From positions 30,166 to 94,165 of the forward strand of contig CABRHX010000006.1 in assembly GCA_902470805.1 (NCBI GenBank): a DNA stretch of 64,000 nucleotides, read 5' to 3'. A program made the position numbers and the translations under genes. The stretch comes from an uncultured Collinsella sp. GTDB lineage: Bacteria > Actinomycetota > Coriobacteriia > Coriobacteriales > Coriobacteriaceae. Positions within the stretch are counted from its first letter, which is position 1. The number at the start of each line of letters is the position of its first letter. Of the stretch, positions 1 through 9,511 are shown piece by piece. The notes beneath the pieces were generated by a model. The model was not told where the DNA came from. It was given only the letters and a program-made list of their open reading frames with translations, and searched no databases.

Positions 1-1684
1 CGTCCATAGCGGAGCCACCGCCGACGGCGATGATGACGTCCGGCTCAAAGAGAGCCATCTGCTTGGCGCCGCGACGTGCGCACTGCAGCGACGGATCGGG
101 CTCGACGTCGTAGAAGCAGTCGTGGGCGATGCCCATCTCGTCGAGCTTGGCCTCGATGGCGCGGGTGTTGCCATTCTTGAAGAGGAACTGGTCGGTGACG
201 ATGAAGGCACGCTTCTTGCCCATGACGTTGCCCAGCTCGTCGAGGGCGACGGGCGTGGAACCCTTCTTGAAGTAGACCTTCTCGGGAGCGCGGAACCACA
301 GCATGTTCTCACGGCGCTCGGCCACAGTCTTAACGTTGATCAAGTGCTTCACCCCAACGTTCTCGGAGACGGAGTTGCCGCCCCAGGAGCCGCAGCCCAG
401 GGTCAGAGACGGCTTCATGCCAAAGTTGTACAGGTCACCGATGCCGCCGTGCGAGGACGGGGTGTTGATGACGATACGGCAGGCCTTCATGACGTGCTCG
501 AACAGGCTGATCTTCTCGGCCTGAGCGGGGTGCACGTACAGAGAGGCGGTGTGGCCCGGGCCACCGGCGAGCACCAGGTGCTCGGCCTTGTCGACGGCCT
601 CCTGGAAGTCCTTGGCGTGGTACATGGCCAGGACCGGGGAGAGCTTCTCGTGGGAGAACTCCTCCTTGGCGGGGTCGGTGGAAGTGACCTCGGCGATCAG
701 GATCTTGGTCTTGGCGGGAACCTCGATGCCGGCGAGCTCGGCGATCTTGGCAGCGGCCATGCCGGGGATGCGGTGATCGAGAGCGCCGTTCTTGAACATG
801 GCGGCACGCAGGGCCTCCATCTCGGCACCCTGCTTGACGAAGTAGCAGCCGCGCTTCTGGAACTCGGCCTTAACCTGGTCATAGATGCTGTCGATGACAG
901 TCACGGACTGCTCGGAAGCGCAGATCATGCCGTTGTCGAAGGTCTTGGAGTGGATGATGGAGTTGACGGCGAGCAGCACGTCGGCGGTGTCGTCGATGAC
1001 GACCGGGGTGTTACCGGCGCCAACGCCCAGGGCGGGCTTGCCCGAGGAGTAAGCGGCCTTGACCATGCCCGGGCCACCGGTGGCGAGGATGATGTCGACG
1101 TCGCGCATGACCATGTTGGTCAGCTCGATGGAGGGGACATCGACCCAGCCGATGATGCCCTCGGGGGCGCCGGCCTTGACGGCGGCGTCAAGCACGAGCT
1201 TGGCGGCGGCGATGGTGCACTTGGCGGCTGCCGGGTGCGGGGAGATGATGATGGCGTTGCGGGTCTTCAGGCTGATCAGCGTCTTGAAGATCGCGGTGGA
1301 GGTGGGGTTGGTCGTCGGGATGACGGCGCCCACGATGCCGATGGGCTCGGCGATCTTGGTGATGCCGTAAGCCTCGTCGCGCTCCAGGACGCCACAGGTC
1401 TTGGTGTTCTTGTAAGCGTTGTAGATGTACTCTGCGGCGTAGTGGTTCTTGATGACCTTGTCCTCAAGAACGCCGCGGCCGGTCTCCTCGATGGCCATCT
1501 TCGCCAACGGGATACGAGCCTTGTTGGCGGCCATGGCGGCCTCATAGAAGATCTTGTCGACCTGCTCCTGCGTGTACGTAGCAAAAAGCGCCTGGGCCTC
1601 TCGCATCTGAGCGAGCTTAGCCTCAAGCGCCTCTACGTTGTCCACAATTGCGGGAGTAGTGTTTTCCGGTGACTTTTTCACCAT
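1..1684 (-). CDS. adhE: bifunctional acetaldehyde-CoA/alcohol dehydrogenase AdhE, N-terminal ~561 aa; gene runs off the left edge
   Basis: Absent from the ORF track because it is open at the window edge. Minus-strand translation from ATG 1684-1682 (AAGGAG 6 nt upstream) reads MVKKSPENTTPAIVDNVEALEAKLAQMREAQALFATYTQEQVDKIFYEAAMAANKARIPLAKMAIEETGRGVLEDKVIKNHYAAEYIYN. In the same frame, bases 49-2 read FEPDVIIAVGGGSAMD (Fe-ADH glycine motif). The + ORF 122..1672 is its antisense shadow. Confidence 0.9.
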   Translation of the reverse strand, partial: MVKKSPENTTPAIVDNVEALEAKLAQMREAQALFATYTQEQVDKIFYEAAMAANKARIPLAKMAIEETGRGVLEDKVIKNHYAAEYIYNAYKNTKTCGVLERDEAYGITKIAEPIGIVGAVIPTTNPTSTAIFKTLISLKTRNAIIISPHPAAAKCTIAAAKLVLDAAVKAGAPEGIIGWVDVPSIELTNMVMRDVDIILATGGPGMVKAAYSSGKPALGVGAGNTPVVIDDTADVLLAVNSIIHSKTFDNGMICASEQSVTVIDSIYDQVKAEFQKRGCYFVKQGAEMEALRAAMFKNGALDHRIPGMAAAKIAELAGIEVPAKTKILIAEVTSTDPAKEEFSHEKLSPVLAMYHAKDFQEAVDKAEHLVLAGGPGHTASLYVHPAQAEKISLFEHVMKACRIVINTPSSHGGIGDLYNFGMKPSLTLGCGSWGGNSVSENVGVKHLINVKTVAERRENMLWFRAPEKVYFKKGSTPVALDELGNVMGKKRAFIVTDQFLFKNGNTRAIEAKLDEMGIAHDCFYDVEPDPSLQCARRGAKQMALFEPDVIIAVGGGSAMD

Positions 1685-1835
1685 TTGTGTCTCCTTGCGA
1701 TCGGAGATTTACCCTACGTCTTGCATGATAGCAAGAAATAATTCGGTAAACGGTAAGATTCCCGTAAAAGGCACACTAAAACGCTTCAATAAACTGAAAC
1801 GTTTCAACTAATTATCTGCCTGCTGCATCGCCCCG

Positions 1836-1884
1836 CTCATTGGGGACAGGCTTACATGAGTGCTTTCACTCATTTGGGACAGAC
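1836..1884. repeat. REP-like hairpin pair, left flank of the RAYT gene
   Basis: CTCATTGGGGACAGGCTTACATGAGTG (1836-1862) and CACTCATTTGGGACAGAC (1867-1884). ATGAGTG and CACTCAT can pair. Reverse-complement copies lie at 2843-2896. Confidence 0.75.
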
Positions 1885-2014
1885 ATCGATTTGTCATTTT
1901 GTCGTTTTGGGCATGTTTTTGTCGTTCATTGTATATAAATAGGTCACAGGCTCAGCATTTCGCGTTGCTTCTCTCCTTTTAGGTGTTGCCTGTACAGTTT
2001 TGAAAGGAGAGATT

Positions 2015-2791
2015 ATGCCCCGATGCGCCCGCGCCGTTTCGCTCACCGGCTATTACCACGTCTATGACCGCGGCAATTCCAAACAGATTATTTTTGAAGA
2101 TGACTCCGACCGCTATCGTTTCTTATCGGACATCTCGGACAGGTTTGCTTGCCATGACGTGGCGGTGTTGGCCTGGTGCCTTATGGACAACCACTTCCAT
2201 TTGATGGTTGATGACCCATTTGACAACCTTTCAAAGGCAATGCAGTGCGCGCTGACGGCCTATGCCAAGTATTTCAATGGGAAAACCGGAAGAACGGGCC
2301 ACCTGTTTGATAATCGCTATTCGCGGGTCGCGGTCGAGTCGGACACGCAGGCGGTGCAGTTGCTCGATTATATCCATCTCAATCCCGTGAAAGGTGCGCT
2401 CGACTCGCTTGATGCCTACCGCTGGTCAAGCTACAAGGCATACCAGCTGGGATACGATCCCTTTGATATCTGCGATGCGGCCCCCATGCTCGATATTGTC
2501 GGGGGTTCCCGTCGCTATTGCGAGCATCTTAAGGAAGTTGCCGAGCGGATCTGGTCAGTTGAGATTCTTCCGCGTCGACGGATTCCCGACGAGGATGCCC
2601 TTACCGTCGCACACGAGGCCCTGCCGAGCATTGATCCTGCGCTGCTCAAGGCCCTGCCACGCCCCGAACGCGATGCCTGTCTGCTAAGGCTCAGGCGGGC
2701 CCATCTTACGGTCAAGCAAATTGCCCGTATCACCGGTATCGGCGCTACAAGCGTAACCAAGGCCACCACAGGCTGGAACGAGGCGGCCTGA
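2015..2791 (+). CDS. REP-associated tyrosine transposase (RAYT) / IS200-like Y1 HUH transposase with C-terminal HTH tail
   Basis: ORF 2000..2791 trimmed to ATG 2015 (GGAG 5 nt upstream). HUH motif (DNHFHLMV), catalytic-Tyr motif (LDYIHLNPVKG), and a C-terminal HTH-like segment (LTVKQIARITGIGATSVTKA). No tnpB-like partner gene is present. Confidence 0.8.
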   Translation: MPRCARAVSLTGYYHVYDRGNSKQIIFEDDSDRYRFLSDISDRFACHDVAVLAWCLMDNHFHLMVDDPFDNLSKAMQCALTAYAKYFNGKTGRTGHLFDNRYSRVAVESDTQAVQLLDYIHLNPVKGALDSLDAYRWSSYKAYQLGYDPFDICDAAPMLDIVGGSRRYCEHLKEVAERIWSVEILPRRRIPDEDALTVAHEALPSIDPALLKALPRPERDACLLRLRRAHLTVKQIARITGIGATSVTKATTGWNEAA

Positions 2792-2842
2792 GGTATGGAT
2801 TGGGGCCGATCGATGCACTGCGAGCTTAGGAAAGCATTCATC

Positions 2843-2896
2843 TAAGTCTGTCCCCAATGCGTGAAAACACTCATGTAAGTCTGTCCCCAATGAGTG
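2843..2896. repeat. REP-like hairpin pair, right flank of the RAYT gene (inverted relative to 1836-1884)
   Basis: TAAGTCTGTCCCCAATG occurs twice (2843-2859, 2876-2892). The reverse complement of 2868-2896 matches 1836-1862 at 27/28 positions. CACTCAT (2868-2874) pairs with ATGAGTG (2890-2896). Confidence 0.75.
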
Positions 2897-2927
2897 CAAA
2901 AAAGCGCCCTCCGCAGGGGAGGGCGCC
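2897..2927 (-). terminator. rho-independent terminator of rpmB
   Basis: 9-bp GC stem GCGCCCTCC/GGAGGGCGC with a 5-nt loop. On the minus strand it is followed by TTTTTT. Confidence 0.7.
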
Positions 2928-2998
2928 TTTGGTAAGTTCTATATGAACGCGAGGTCTTTGACCCGGAGAGTCCGAGGTACTTGTTGGTAAGACCTTAT

Positions 2999-3187
2999 TT
3001 AGGAGCGCGCGACCTTGCCGGACTTGAGGCAGGTGGAGCAAACGTTCATCTTGCGACGGTGACCATCGACGACGACGTACACGCGCTGGATGTTGGGGCG
3101 GAACTTACGGTTGGTGACGCGGTGAGAGTGGCTGATGGAGCGACCGGCAACGGGGTGCTTACCGCAAACTTCGCAAACTTTGGACAT
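2999..3187 (-). CDS. rpmB: 50S ribosomal protein L28
   Basis: MSKVCEVCGKHPVAGRSISHSHRVTNRKFRPNIQRVYVVVDGHRRKMNVCSTCLKSGKV. ATG at 3187 with AGGAGGG upstream. Confidence 0.95.
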   Translation of the reverse strand: MSKVCEVCGKHPVAGRSISHSHRVTNRKFRPNIQRVYVVVDGHRRKMNVCSTCLKSGKVARS

Positions 3188-3515
3188 AACTGACCCTCCT
3201 TGGGCGACAAACGAACATGTCGCGTTAACAAACAAGCCTGAACTATAGCACAGAAGCAGCTCCCTGTGCGTAATCTACACAGAGATACTCCTCTTTTGGC
3301 GATAGTGCCCACGCCACGGCCCTGGACGTAGATCCGATTTGCGTGCAGCAGAGGGGATTATGCCAGCTCGTGCGTGCGTTTTCAAGCTCGTCCTACAAAT
3401 ATATATAGGTTTATGGAGCATTGGGCTCCATTTACGGATTGCTCTGTATTTATGCTCGCAATTAAGCTCGAGGTTGGCTACACTATCCTTTGACCATTAA
3501 AGGGGTACGAGATAC

Positions 3516-3600
3516 CCACATGGAATTACATAGCTGCCATGCGAGCAGCCTTTCCTGTGGGTGTCTGGTCCGCTTTAAGCGGTCGGGCATCTATTTTTTT
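3516..3600 (+). promoter_or_regulatory. structured leader of the pyr operon ending in a T7 tract (possible PyrR-type attenuator)
   Basis: CCCACA..TGTGGG (3516-3560) encloses the hairpin GCTGC-N7-GCAGC. Then comes CCGC-TTTAA-GCGG and TTTTTTT (3594-3600), 40 nt before pyrR. I could not recognise the PyrR binding-loop consensus. Confidence 0.3.
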
Positions 3601-3627
3601 GACTGTGTCAGCAGTCAAGACATGTGA

Positions 3628-4224
<597 letters not shown>

Positions 4225-4228
4225 TACC

Positions 4229-5173
4229 GTGGCGTTCAACCATAAGCACCTGATCGACATTACCGAGTACTCCGAAGAGGACATCAAGCTCATCCTCGAG
4301 ACCGCCAAGGCGTTCTCCGAGGTCAACGAGCGTGCGATCAAGAAGGTCCCCACGCTCAAGGGCAAGACCATCGTCAACATGTTCAACGAGCCCTCGACGC
4401 GCACCCGCAGCTCCTTCGAGCTCGCCGAGAAGCGCCTTTCGGCCGACAGCCTCAACTTTGGCGGCTCCTCGACCTCCACGGTCAAGGGCGAGAGCCTCGT
4501 CGACACCGTCGAGACCCTCAACGCCTACAAGATTGATTGCATCGTCGTTCGCGATAAGCACGCCGGTGCTCCCTACATCGTCACGCAGAACTCGCCCGCG
4601 AGCGTCATCTGCGCCGGCGACGGCAAGCACAACCACCCCACGCAGGCCCTGCTCGACCTGTACACCATCTGGGAGCACAAGGGCGACTTCCACGGTCTGA
4701 AGGTCGCCGTCGTCGGCGATATCGCGCACTCCCGTGTCTGCGGCTCGCTGATCCCCGCCCTTAAGATCATGGGCTGCGAGACCTACGCCGTCGCCCCCGG
4801 CACGCTGCTGCCGCCGGCGCCCGAGGTTCTGGGCTGCGACCACGTGACGAGCGACCTCGATTCCGTCCTGCCCGAGTTGGACGTCGTCTATATGCTGCGC
4901 GTGCAGCAGGAGCGCCTCGAGGGTGCCCCGTTCCCGACCATTCGCGAGTACCACAAACTCTTCGGTCTGACCAAGGACCGCGAGAAGCTCATGAAGCCCG
5001 ACGCGATCATCTGCCACCCGGGTCCCATCAACCGCGGCGTTGAGTTCGACTCCTATATGGCCGACCACCCGCAACGCTCCGTCATCCTGGAGCAGGTCTA
5101 CGCTGGTATCTGCGTGCGTATGGCTATCCTGTATCTGCTGCTTGGAGGTGCCGATAATGGCCTTGCTTCTTAA
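4229..5173 (+). CDS. pyrB: aspartate carbamoyltransferase catalytic subunit
   Basis: STRTRSSFELAEKRL and HPTQALLD motifs. GTG 4229 is preferred over 4217 because of GGGAGG spacing. Confidence 0.93.
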   Translation: MAFNHKHLIDITEYSEEDIKLILETAKAFSEVNERAIKKVPTLKGKTIVNMFNEPSTRTRSSFELAEKRLSADSLNFGGSSTSTVKGESLVDTVETLNAYKIDCIVVRDKHAGAPYIVTQNSPASVICAGDGKHNHPTQALLDLYTIWEHKGDFHGLKVAVVGDIAHSRVCGSLIPALKIMGCETYAVAPGTLLPPAPEVLGCDHVTSDLDSVLPELDVVYMLRVQQERLEGAPFPTIREYHKLFGLTKDREKLMKPDAIICHPGPINRGVEFDSYMADHPQRSVILEQVYAGICVRMAILYLLLGGADNGLAS

Positions 5174-6446
5174 GAATGCCCACGTCGTCGACCCGTCCGT
5201 CGAGCTTGACGGTGTCGTTGACGTCCTGATTGACGGCGATAAGATCGCCGAGGTCGGCGAGAATCTCGCCGTCGAGAGAGCCGAGGTCCGCGACCTTTCC
5301 GGCAAGTACCTCGTCCCCGGTCTGGTGGATATGCACGTTCACCTTCGCGAGCCCGGCTACGAGGTCAAAGAGGACATCGAGAGCGGCACCCGTGCAGCTG
5401 CCAAGGGCGGCTTCACCGGCGTGTGCGCCATGCCCAACACTGACCCCGTCACCGATAACGGCACCGTTGTGGAGTTCGTCAAGTCCCGCGCTGCCGAGGT
5501 CGGTCACTGCCGCGTCTATCCGTCGGGCGCCATGACCCGCGGTCTTAAGGGCGAGGCCATGTCCGAGATGGGCGATATGGTCGCCCGCGGCGTCGTCGCC
5601 TTCACCGACGACGGTCGCGGCGTGCAGGGCGCGGGCATGCTCCGTCGCTGCATGGACTACGGCAAGATGTTCGGCAAGGTCTTTATGAGCCACTGCCAGG
5701 ACGAGGACCTGGTCGGCCACGGCCAGATCAACGAGGGCAAGGTCTCGACCCGTCTGGCTCTCGAGGGCTGGCCGGCTGCCGGCGAGGAGCTCCAGATCGC
5801 CCGCGACATCGAGATTGCCAAGCTGACCGGTGCCAAGCTGCACATCCAGCACATCTCCACCGCCCATGGCCTGGAGATCGTGCGTGCTGGTAAGGCCGCT
5901 GGCGTTCAGGTTACCTGCGAGGCTACCCCGCACCACATGTTCCTGACCGAGAACGACCTGGACGAGACCTACAACACCTCGCTCAAGGTCAATCCGCCGC
6001 TGCGTACCGAGGAGGATGCCGAGGCCATCCGCCAGGGCGTCATCGACGGCACCGTCGACGTTATCGTCACCGATCACGCTCCCCACACCCCGTGGGAGAA
6101 GGCCCGCGAGTTCGAGCTTGCGCCCTTCGGCATGATCGGCCTCGAGACTTCGCTGTCGCTCGTCCTCACCGAGCTGGTCAACACGGGCAAGATGAGCATG
6201 GGCCGCATGGTCGAGCTCATGGCCATCAAGCCGCGTGAGATCCTGGGCCTCGACCAGGTTCAGGTCAAGGCGGGCTCCGTTGCCGACCTGACCGTGTTCG
6301 ACGCGTCCGCCACCTGGACGGTTGGCGAGGACGGTTACGAGTCGCGCGCCGAGAACTCCGGTTTTGCCGGCCGCACGCTCACCGGTCGTGCCACCGATGT
6401 GTTTGTCGGCGGCAAGCAGACGCTTGCCGACGGCTGCATCTGCTAG
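5157..6446 (+). CDS. pyrC: dihydroorotase
   Basis: MALLLKNAHVVDP start. Metal-binding DMHVHLREPG and VTDHAPH motifs. Overlaps the end of pyrB by 17 nt. Confidence 0.92.
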   Translation: MALLLKNAHVVDPSVELDGVVDVLIDGDKIAEVGENLAVERAEVRDLSGKYLVPGLVDMHVHLREPGYEVKEDIESGTRAAAKGGFTGVCAMPNTDPVTDNGTVVEFVKSRAAEVGHCRVYPSGAMTRGLKGEAMSEMGDMVARGVVAFTDDGRGVQGAGMLRRCMDYGKMFGKVFMSHCQDEDLVGHGQINEGKVSTRLALEGWPAAGEELQIARDIEIAKLTGAKLHIQHISTAHGLEIVRAGKAAGVQVTCEATPHHMFLTENDLDETYNTSLKVNPPLRTEEDAEAIRQGVIDGTVDVIVTDHAPHTPWEKAREFELAPFGMIGLETSLSLVLTELVNTGKMSMGRMVELMAIKPREILGLDQVQVKAGSVADLTVFDASATWTVGEDGYESRAENSGFAGRTLTGRATDVFVGGKQTLADGCIC

Positions 6447-6538
6447 CATAGCCTTATCGCTTTTGTGCGCGGCGCCCTTGCGGTGCCGCGCTTTCTATTC
6501 GTTTGGACCATGCAACCGCATGGGGGATTGGAGCGTCT

Positions 6539-7330
6539 ATGCCCACACCTTCCACTGCACGCATGCACGACTTCGAGGTCGTCTCGAACCGGGAGATCGC
6601 CGACGGCATCTTCTCGCTCGTCATCTCGGCCCCCAAGCTTGCAAGTGCGCTCAAGCCCGGCCAGTTTGTGAACATTGCCGTGCCCGGCGATGCTTCCTCG
6701 CTGCTTCGCGTGCCCCTGAGCTTCTATCGCGCCGACGCCGAGGCCGGCACCGTCGAGCTGTGGTACGCCGTCGTGGGCGACGATACCCGTCGTTTGTCCC
6801 AGATGGGCCCTGGCTCCACCTCTAACCTGCTGGGCCCCGGTGGCCGTGGCTGGATGGTACCCGAGGGCACCAGGAAGGCCCTGCTCGTCGCCGGTGGCAT
6901 CGGTGTTCCGCCCGTGCTGTGCCTTGCCGGCAAGCTTGCCGAGCAGGGTGTGGCCGTCGACGTGTGCCTGGGTTTTGGCACCGCTTCCAAGGCCGTGGGC
7001 ATCGATGAGTTCCGCGCGCTGGGCGCCACGGTCAACGTTTGCACCGACGACGGCTTGCTCGGCACGCACGGTTTTTGCACCGATCCTGCCGCCGAGCTGC
7101 TCGGCGAGGGCGGCTACGACTACGTCGCCAGCTGCGGTCCCGCCGTCATGATGAAGAAGGTCGCCGCTGCTGCCGCCGAGGCCGGTGCGTACTGCGAGGT
7201 GTCCCTCGAGCGCATGATGAGCTGTGGCTTTGGCGCCTGCAACACCTGCAATGTCGAGACGGTCGACGGTATGAAGGGCGCTTGCATGTGCGGCCCCGTG
7301 TTCGATGCTTCCAAGGTGGTGGTCTTCTAG
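6539..7330 (+). CDS. pyrK: dihydroorotate dehydrogenase electron-transfer subunit
   Basis: FAD/NAD-binding fold. C-terminal 2Fe-2S cysteines (MSCGFGACNTCNV...GACMCGPVF). Lies immediately upstream of pyrD. Confidence 0.88.
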   Translation: MPTPSTARMHDFEVVSNREIADGIFSLVISAPKLASALKPGQFVNIAVPGDASSLLRVPLSFYRADAEAGTVELWYAVVGDDTRRLSQMGPGSTSNLLGPGGRGWMVPEGTRKALLVAGGIGVPPVLCLAGKLAEQGVAVDVCLGFGTASKAVGIDEFRALGATVNVCTDDGLLGTHGFCTDPAAELLGEGGYDYVASCGPAVMMKKVAAAAAEAGAYCEVSLERMMSCGFGACNTCNVETVDGMKGACMCGPVFDASKVVVF

Positions 7331-7344
7331 TGGGTACCGTGAAC

Positions 7345-8253
7345 ATGGCCGTCGATTTCGGCGGCGTCAAGATGCAGAACCCCATCAACACCGCAGCCGG
7401 TACTTTTGGCTACGGCTGGCAGTTCCAGAACTTCTTTGATGTTTCCCAGCTGGGCGCCATCACCACCAAGGGTTGCGCAGCCGAGCCCTGGCCCGGCAAC
7501 CCCGCGCCCCGCATGGCCGAGATCCCCGGCGGTATGATCAACTCCGTGGGCCTTCAGAACCCCGGCGTGGCCGCCTTTGCCCGCGAGTCCGGCCCGTGGC
7601 TCGAGCAGCTCTCCAAGGACGGTTGCCAGGTCATCTGTCAGGTTGCCGGCCACTCCGTTGACGAGTTTGTGCGCGCGCTCGAGATGTATGTCGAGCTATG
7701 CCCCTGGGCTGCCGGCTACGAGATCAACGTGAGCTGCCCCAACATCGCCGCCGGCGGTGCCGCCATGGGCTCCACGCCCGAGGGCGCCTCTTCCGTTATG
7801 GCTGCCTGCCGCAAGGTGACCGATAAGCCGCTGTTCGTGAAGATGGCGCCGGTCAACGTCGCCGAGATCGCCAAGGCCCTCGAAGCCGCCGGCGCCGACG
7901 GCCTTTCGGTCATTAACTCCATCCAGGGCATGGCCATCGACGTCCATACCCGCAAGTCCCGCGTGGCAAAGCCCAAGGGCGGCCTTTCGGGCCCGCTGTG
8001 CCACCACATCGCCGTGCGCATGGTCTGGGAGGTCGCCCAGGCCGTCGATATCCCCATCAACGGTGTCGGCGGTGTCATGACCGGCGAGGATGCGGCCGAG
8101 TTTATCCTGGCCGGTGCCACCTGCGTGTCGGTCGGCATGGCCAACTTCGTCGATCCGTGCGCTTCGCTCAAGATCGCGCATGAGCTTGAGGCCTGGGCCG
8201 AGTCCCAGGGCGTAAAGGACATCAACGAGCTGGTAGGTGCTTTCGAATGCTAG
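7345..8253 (+). CDS. pyrD: dihydroorotate dehydrogenase (class 1B) catalytic subunit
   Basis: NTAAGTFGYG, EINVSCPN and LSGP motifs. Confidence 0.92.
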   Translation: MAVDFGGVKMQNPINTAAGTFGYGWQFQNFFDVSQLGAITTKGCAAEPWPGNPAPRMAEIPGGMINSVGLQNPGVAAFARESGPWLEQLSKDGCQVICQVAGHSVDEFVRALEMYVELCPWAAGYEINVSCPNIAAGGAAMGSTPEGASSVMAACRKVTDKPLFVKMAPVNVAEIAKALEAAGADGLSVINSIQGMAIDVHTRKSRVAKPKGGLSGPLCHHIAVRMVWEVAQAVDIPINGVGGVMTGEDAAEFILAGATCVSVGMANFVDPCASLKIAHELEAWAESQGVKDINELVGAFEC

Positions 8254-8963
8254 AGACCGATGCCCGCGACCGCGTAATCGTCGCCCTCGACTGCGATCGT
8301 GAGCGTGCACTCGAGCTCGCCCACGAGCTTTCGGGCCATGCCGCCTGGCTTAAGGTTGGTATGACGCTCTATTACGCTGAGGGCCCAGAGATCGTCAAGA
8401 CCTTTAAGGACCTGGGCTTTAAGGTCTTCCTCGACCTTAAGTTCCATGATATTCCGCATCAGGTTCGCGGTGCCGCCCGTTCGGCCTCGCTTGCCGGTGC
8501 CGACCTGCTCTCGGTTCACGGCTTGGGTTCGGGCGCCATGCTCGCTGCCTGCCGCGAGGGTGCCGAGGAGGCGCGCGAGGATCGCGCCAAGCTCGTTGCC
8601 ATCACCGTGCTCACGAGCATGAACCAGGATTCGCTGGCCGAAATCGGCGTTGAGTCGCCTGTGGCCGAGGAAGCCGCCCGTCTGGCAAAGCTTGCCCAGG
8701 CCAACGGCATCGACGGCATCGTGTGCTCGCCGATGGAGGCCCATGACATGCGCGAGTTGCTCGGCCCCGACGCGCTGATCGTGACTCCGGGCGTGCGTCC
8801 GGTGGGTGCCGCCCTTGGTGACCAGTCCCGTGTGGCGACGCCTTCCCAGGCTATCGAGCGCGGCGCGAGCTATATCGTGGTGGGCCGACCCATCACCGGT
8901 GCCGACGACCCTGTTGCCGCCTTTGACGCCATCGTCGCCGAGCTGGTCGAAAACGTCGCGTAA
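8247..8963 (+). CDS. pyrF: orotidine 5'-phosphate decarboxylase
   Basis: VALDCD, LKVGMTLYY and FLDLKFHDIPHQV motifs. Start overlaps the pyrD stop. Confidence 0.93.
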   Translation: MLETDARDRVIVALDCDRERALELAHELSGHAAWLKVGMTLYYAEGPEIVKTFKDLGFKVFLDLKFHDIPHQVRGAARSASLAGADLLSVHGLGSGAMLAACREGAEEAREDRAKLVAITVLTSMNQDSLAEIGVESPVAEEAARLAKLAQANGIDGIVCSPMEAHDMRELLGPDALIVTPGVRPVGAALGDQSRVATPSQAIERGASYIVVGRPITGADDPVAAFDAIVAELVENVA

Positions 8964-9202
8964 AAGATTCCCCTAAGTCACCACTTTTGGGTTTCATTAG
9001 CACAAAATAGCCCCTGTGCCTGCGTAAACTTTCCCATCCTTTGTGTGGAATCGCAGGTCAGGGGCTTAACTTTGGGCGCAGTATATTGCACTTTTTGCGG
9101 GTATCGTCTAACCTATGGAGCCGCGATTGGGCATTTTGTACGTTCTACGTGCTAAAATGCCAATTATTGAATCAGATATAACCCAACTATTTGGAGGTAC
9201 GA

Positions 9203-9511
9203 ATGGCACTCCCTCAGCTTACCGATGAGCAGCGCAAGCAGGCTCTTGAGAAGGCTGCTGCCGCACGTCACGCCCGCGCTGAGCTTCGCGAGCAGATCAA
9301 GAAGGGCGAGAAGTCCCTCGAGTCCGTGCTCAACTCCGATGACCCCATCGCTTCCCGCATGAAGGTTTCCACCCTCATCGAGTCTCTTCCTGGTTATGGC
9401 AAGGCCAAGGCCGCCAAGATCATGGAGGAGCTCGGTATCTCCGCTACCCGTCGCGTCCAGGGCCTCGGCGTCCGTCAGCGCGAGCAGCTCCTCGAGCAGC
9501 TGACCAAATAA
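9203..9511 (+). CDS. mihF: integration host factor, actinobacterial type (mIHF)
   Basis: MALPQLTDEQRKQALEKAAAARHARAELREQIKKGE... Conserved position directly upstream of gmk-rpoZ, as in Actinobacteria. Confidence 0.85.
   Translation: MALPQLTDEQRKQALEKAAAARHARAELREQIKKGEKSLESVLNSDDPIASRMKVSTLIESLPGYGKAKAAKIMEELGISATRRVQGLGVRQREQLLEQLTK

Noticed and set aside
122-1672. 516-aa + strand ORF covering most of the left end
   Set aside because: Its composition (runs of G, L, V, D, H, A) is typical of a high-GC antisense shadow frame. The opposite strand encodes an unmistakable AdhE with SD and start at 1684.
3541-3600. Canonical PyrR binding loop / attenuator in the pyrR leader
   Set aside because: A T7 tract and several hairpins are present. 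I could not find the conserved PyrR-binding sequence (UCCAGAGAGG-like), and the stem directly preceding the T-tract is weak. It is kept only as a low-confidence regulatory feature.
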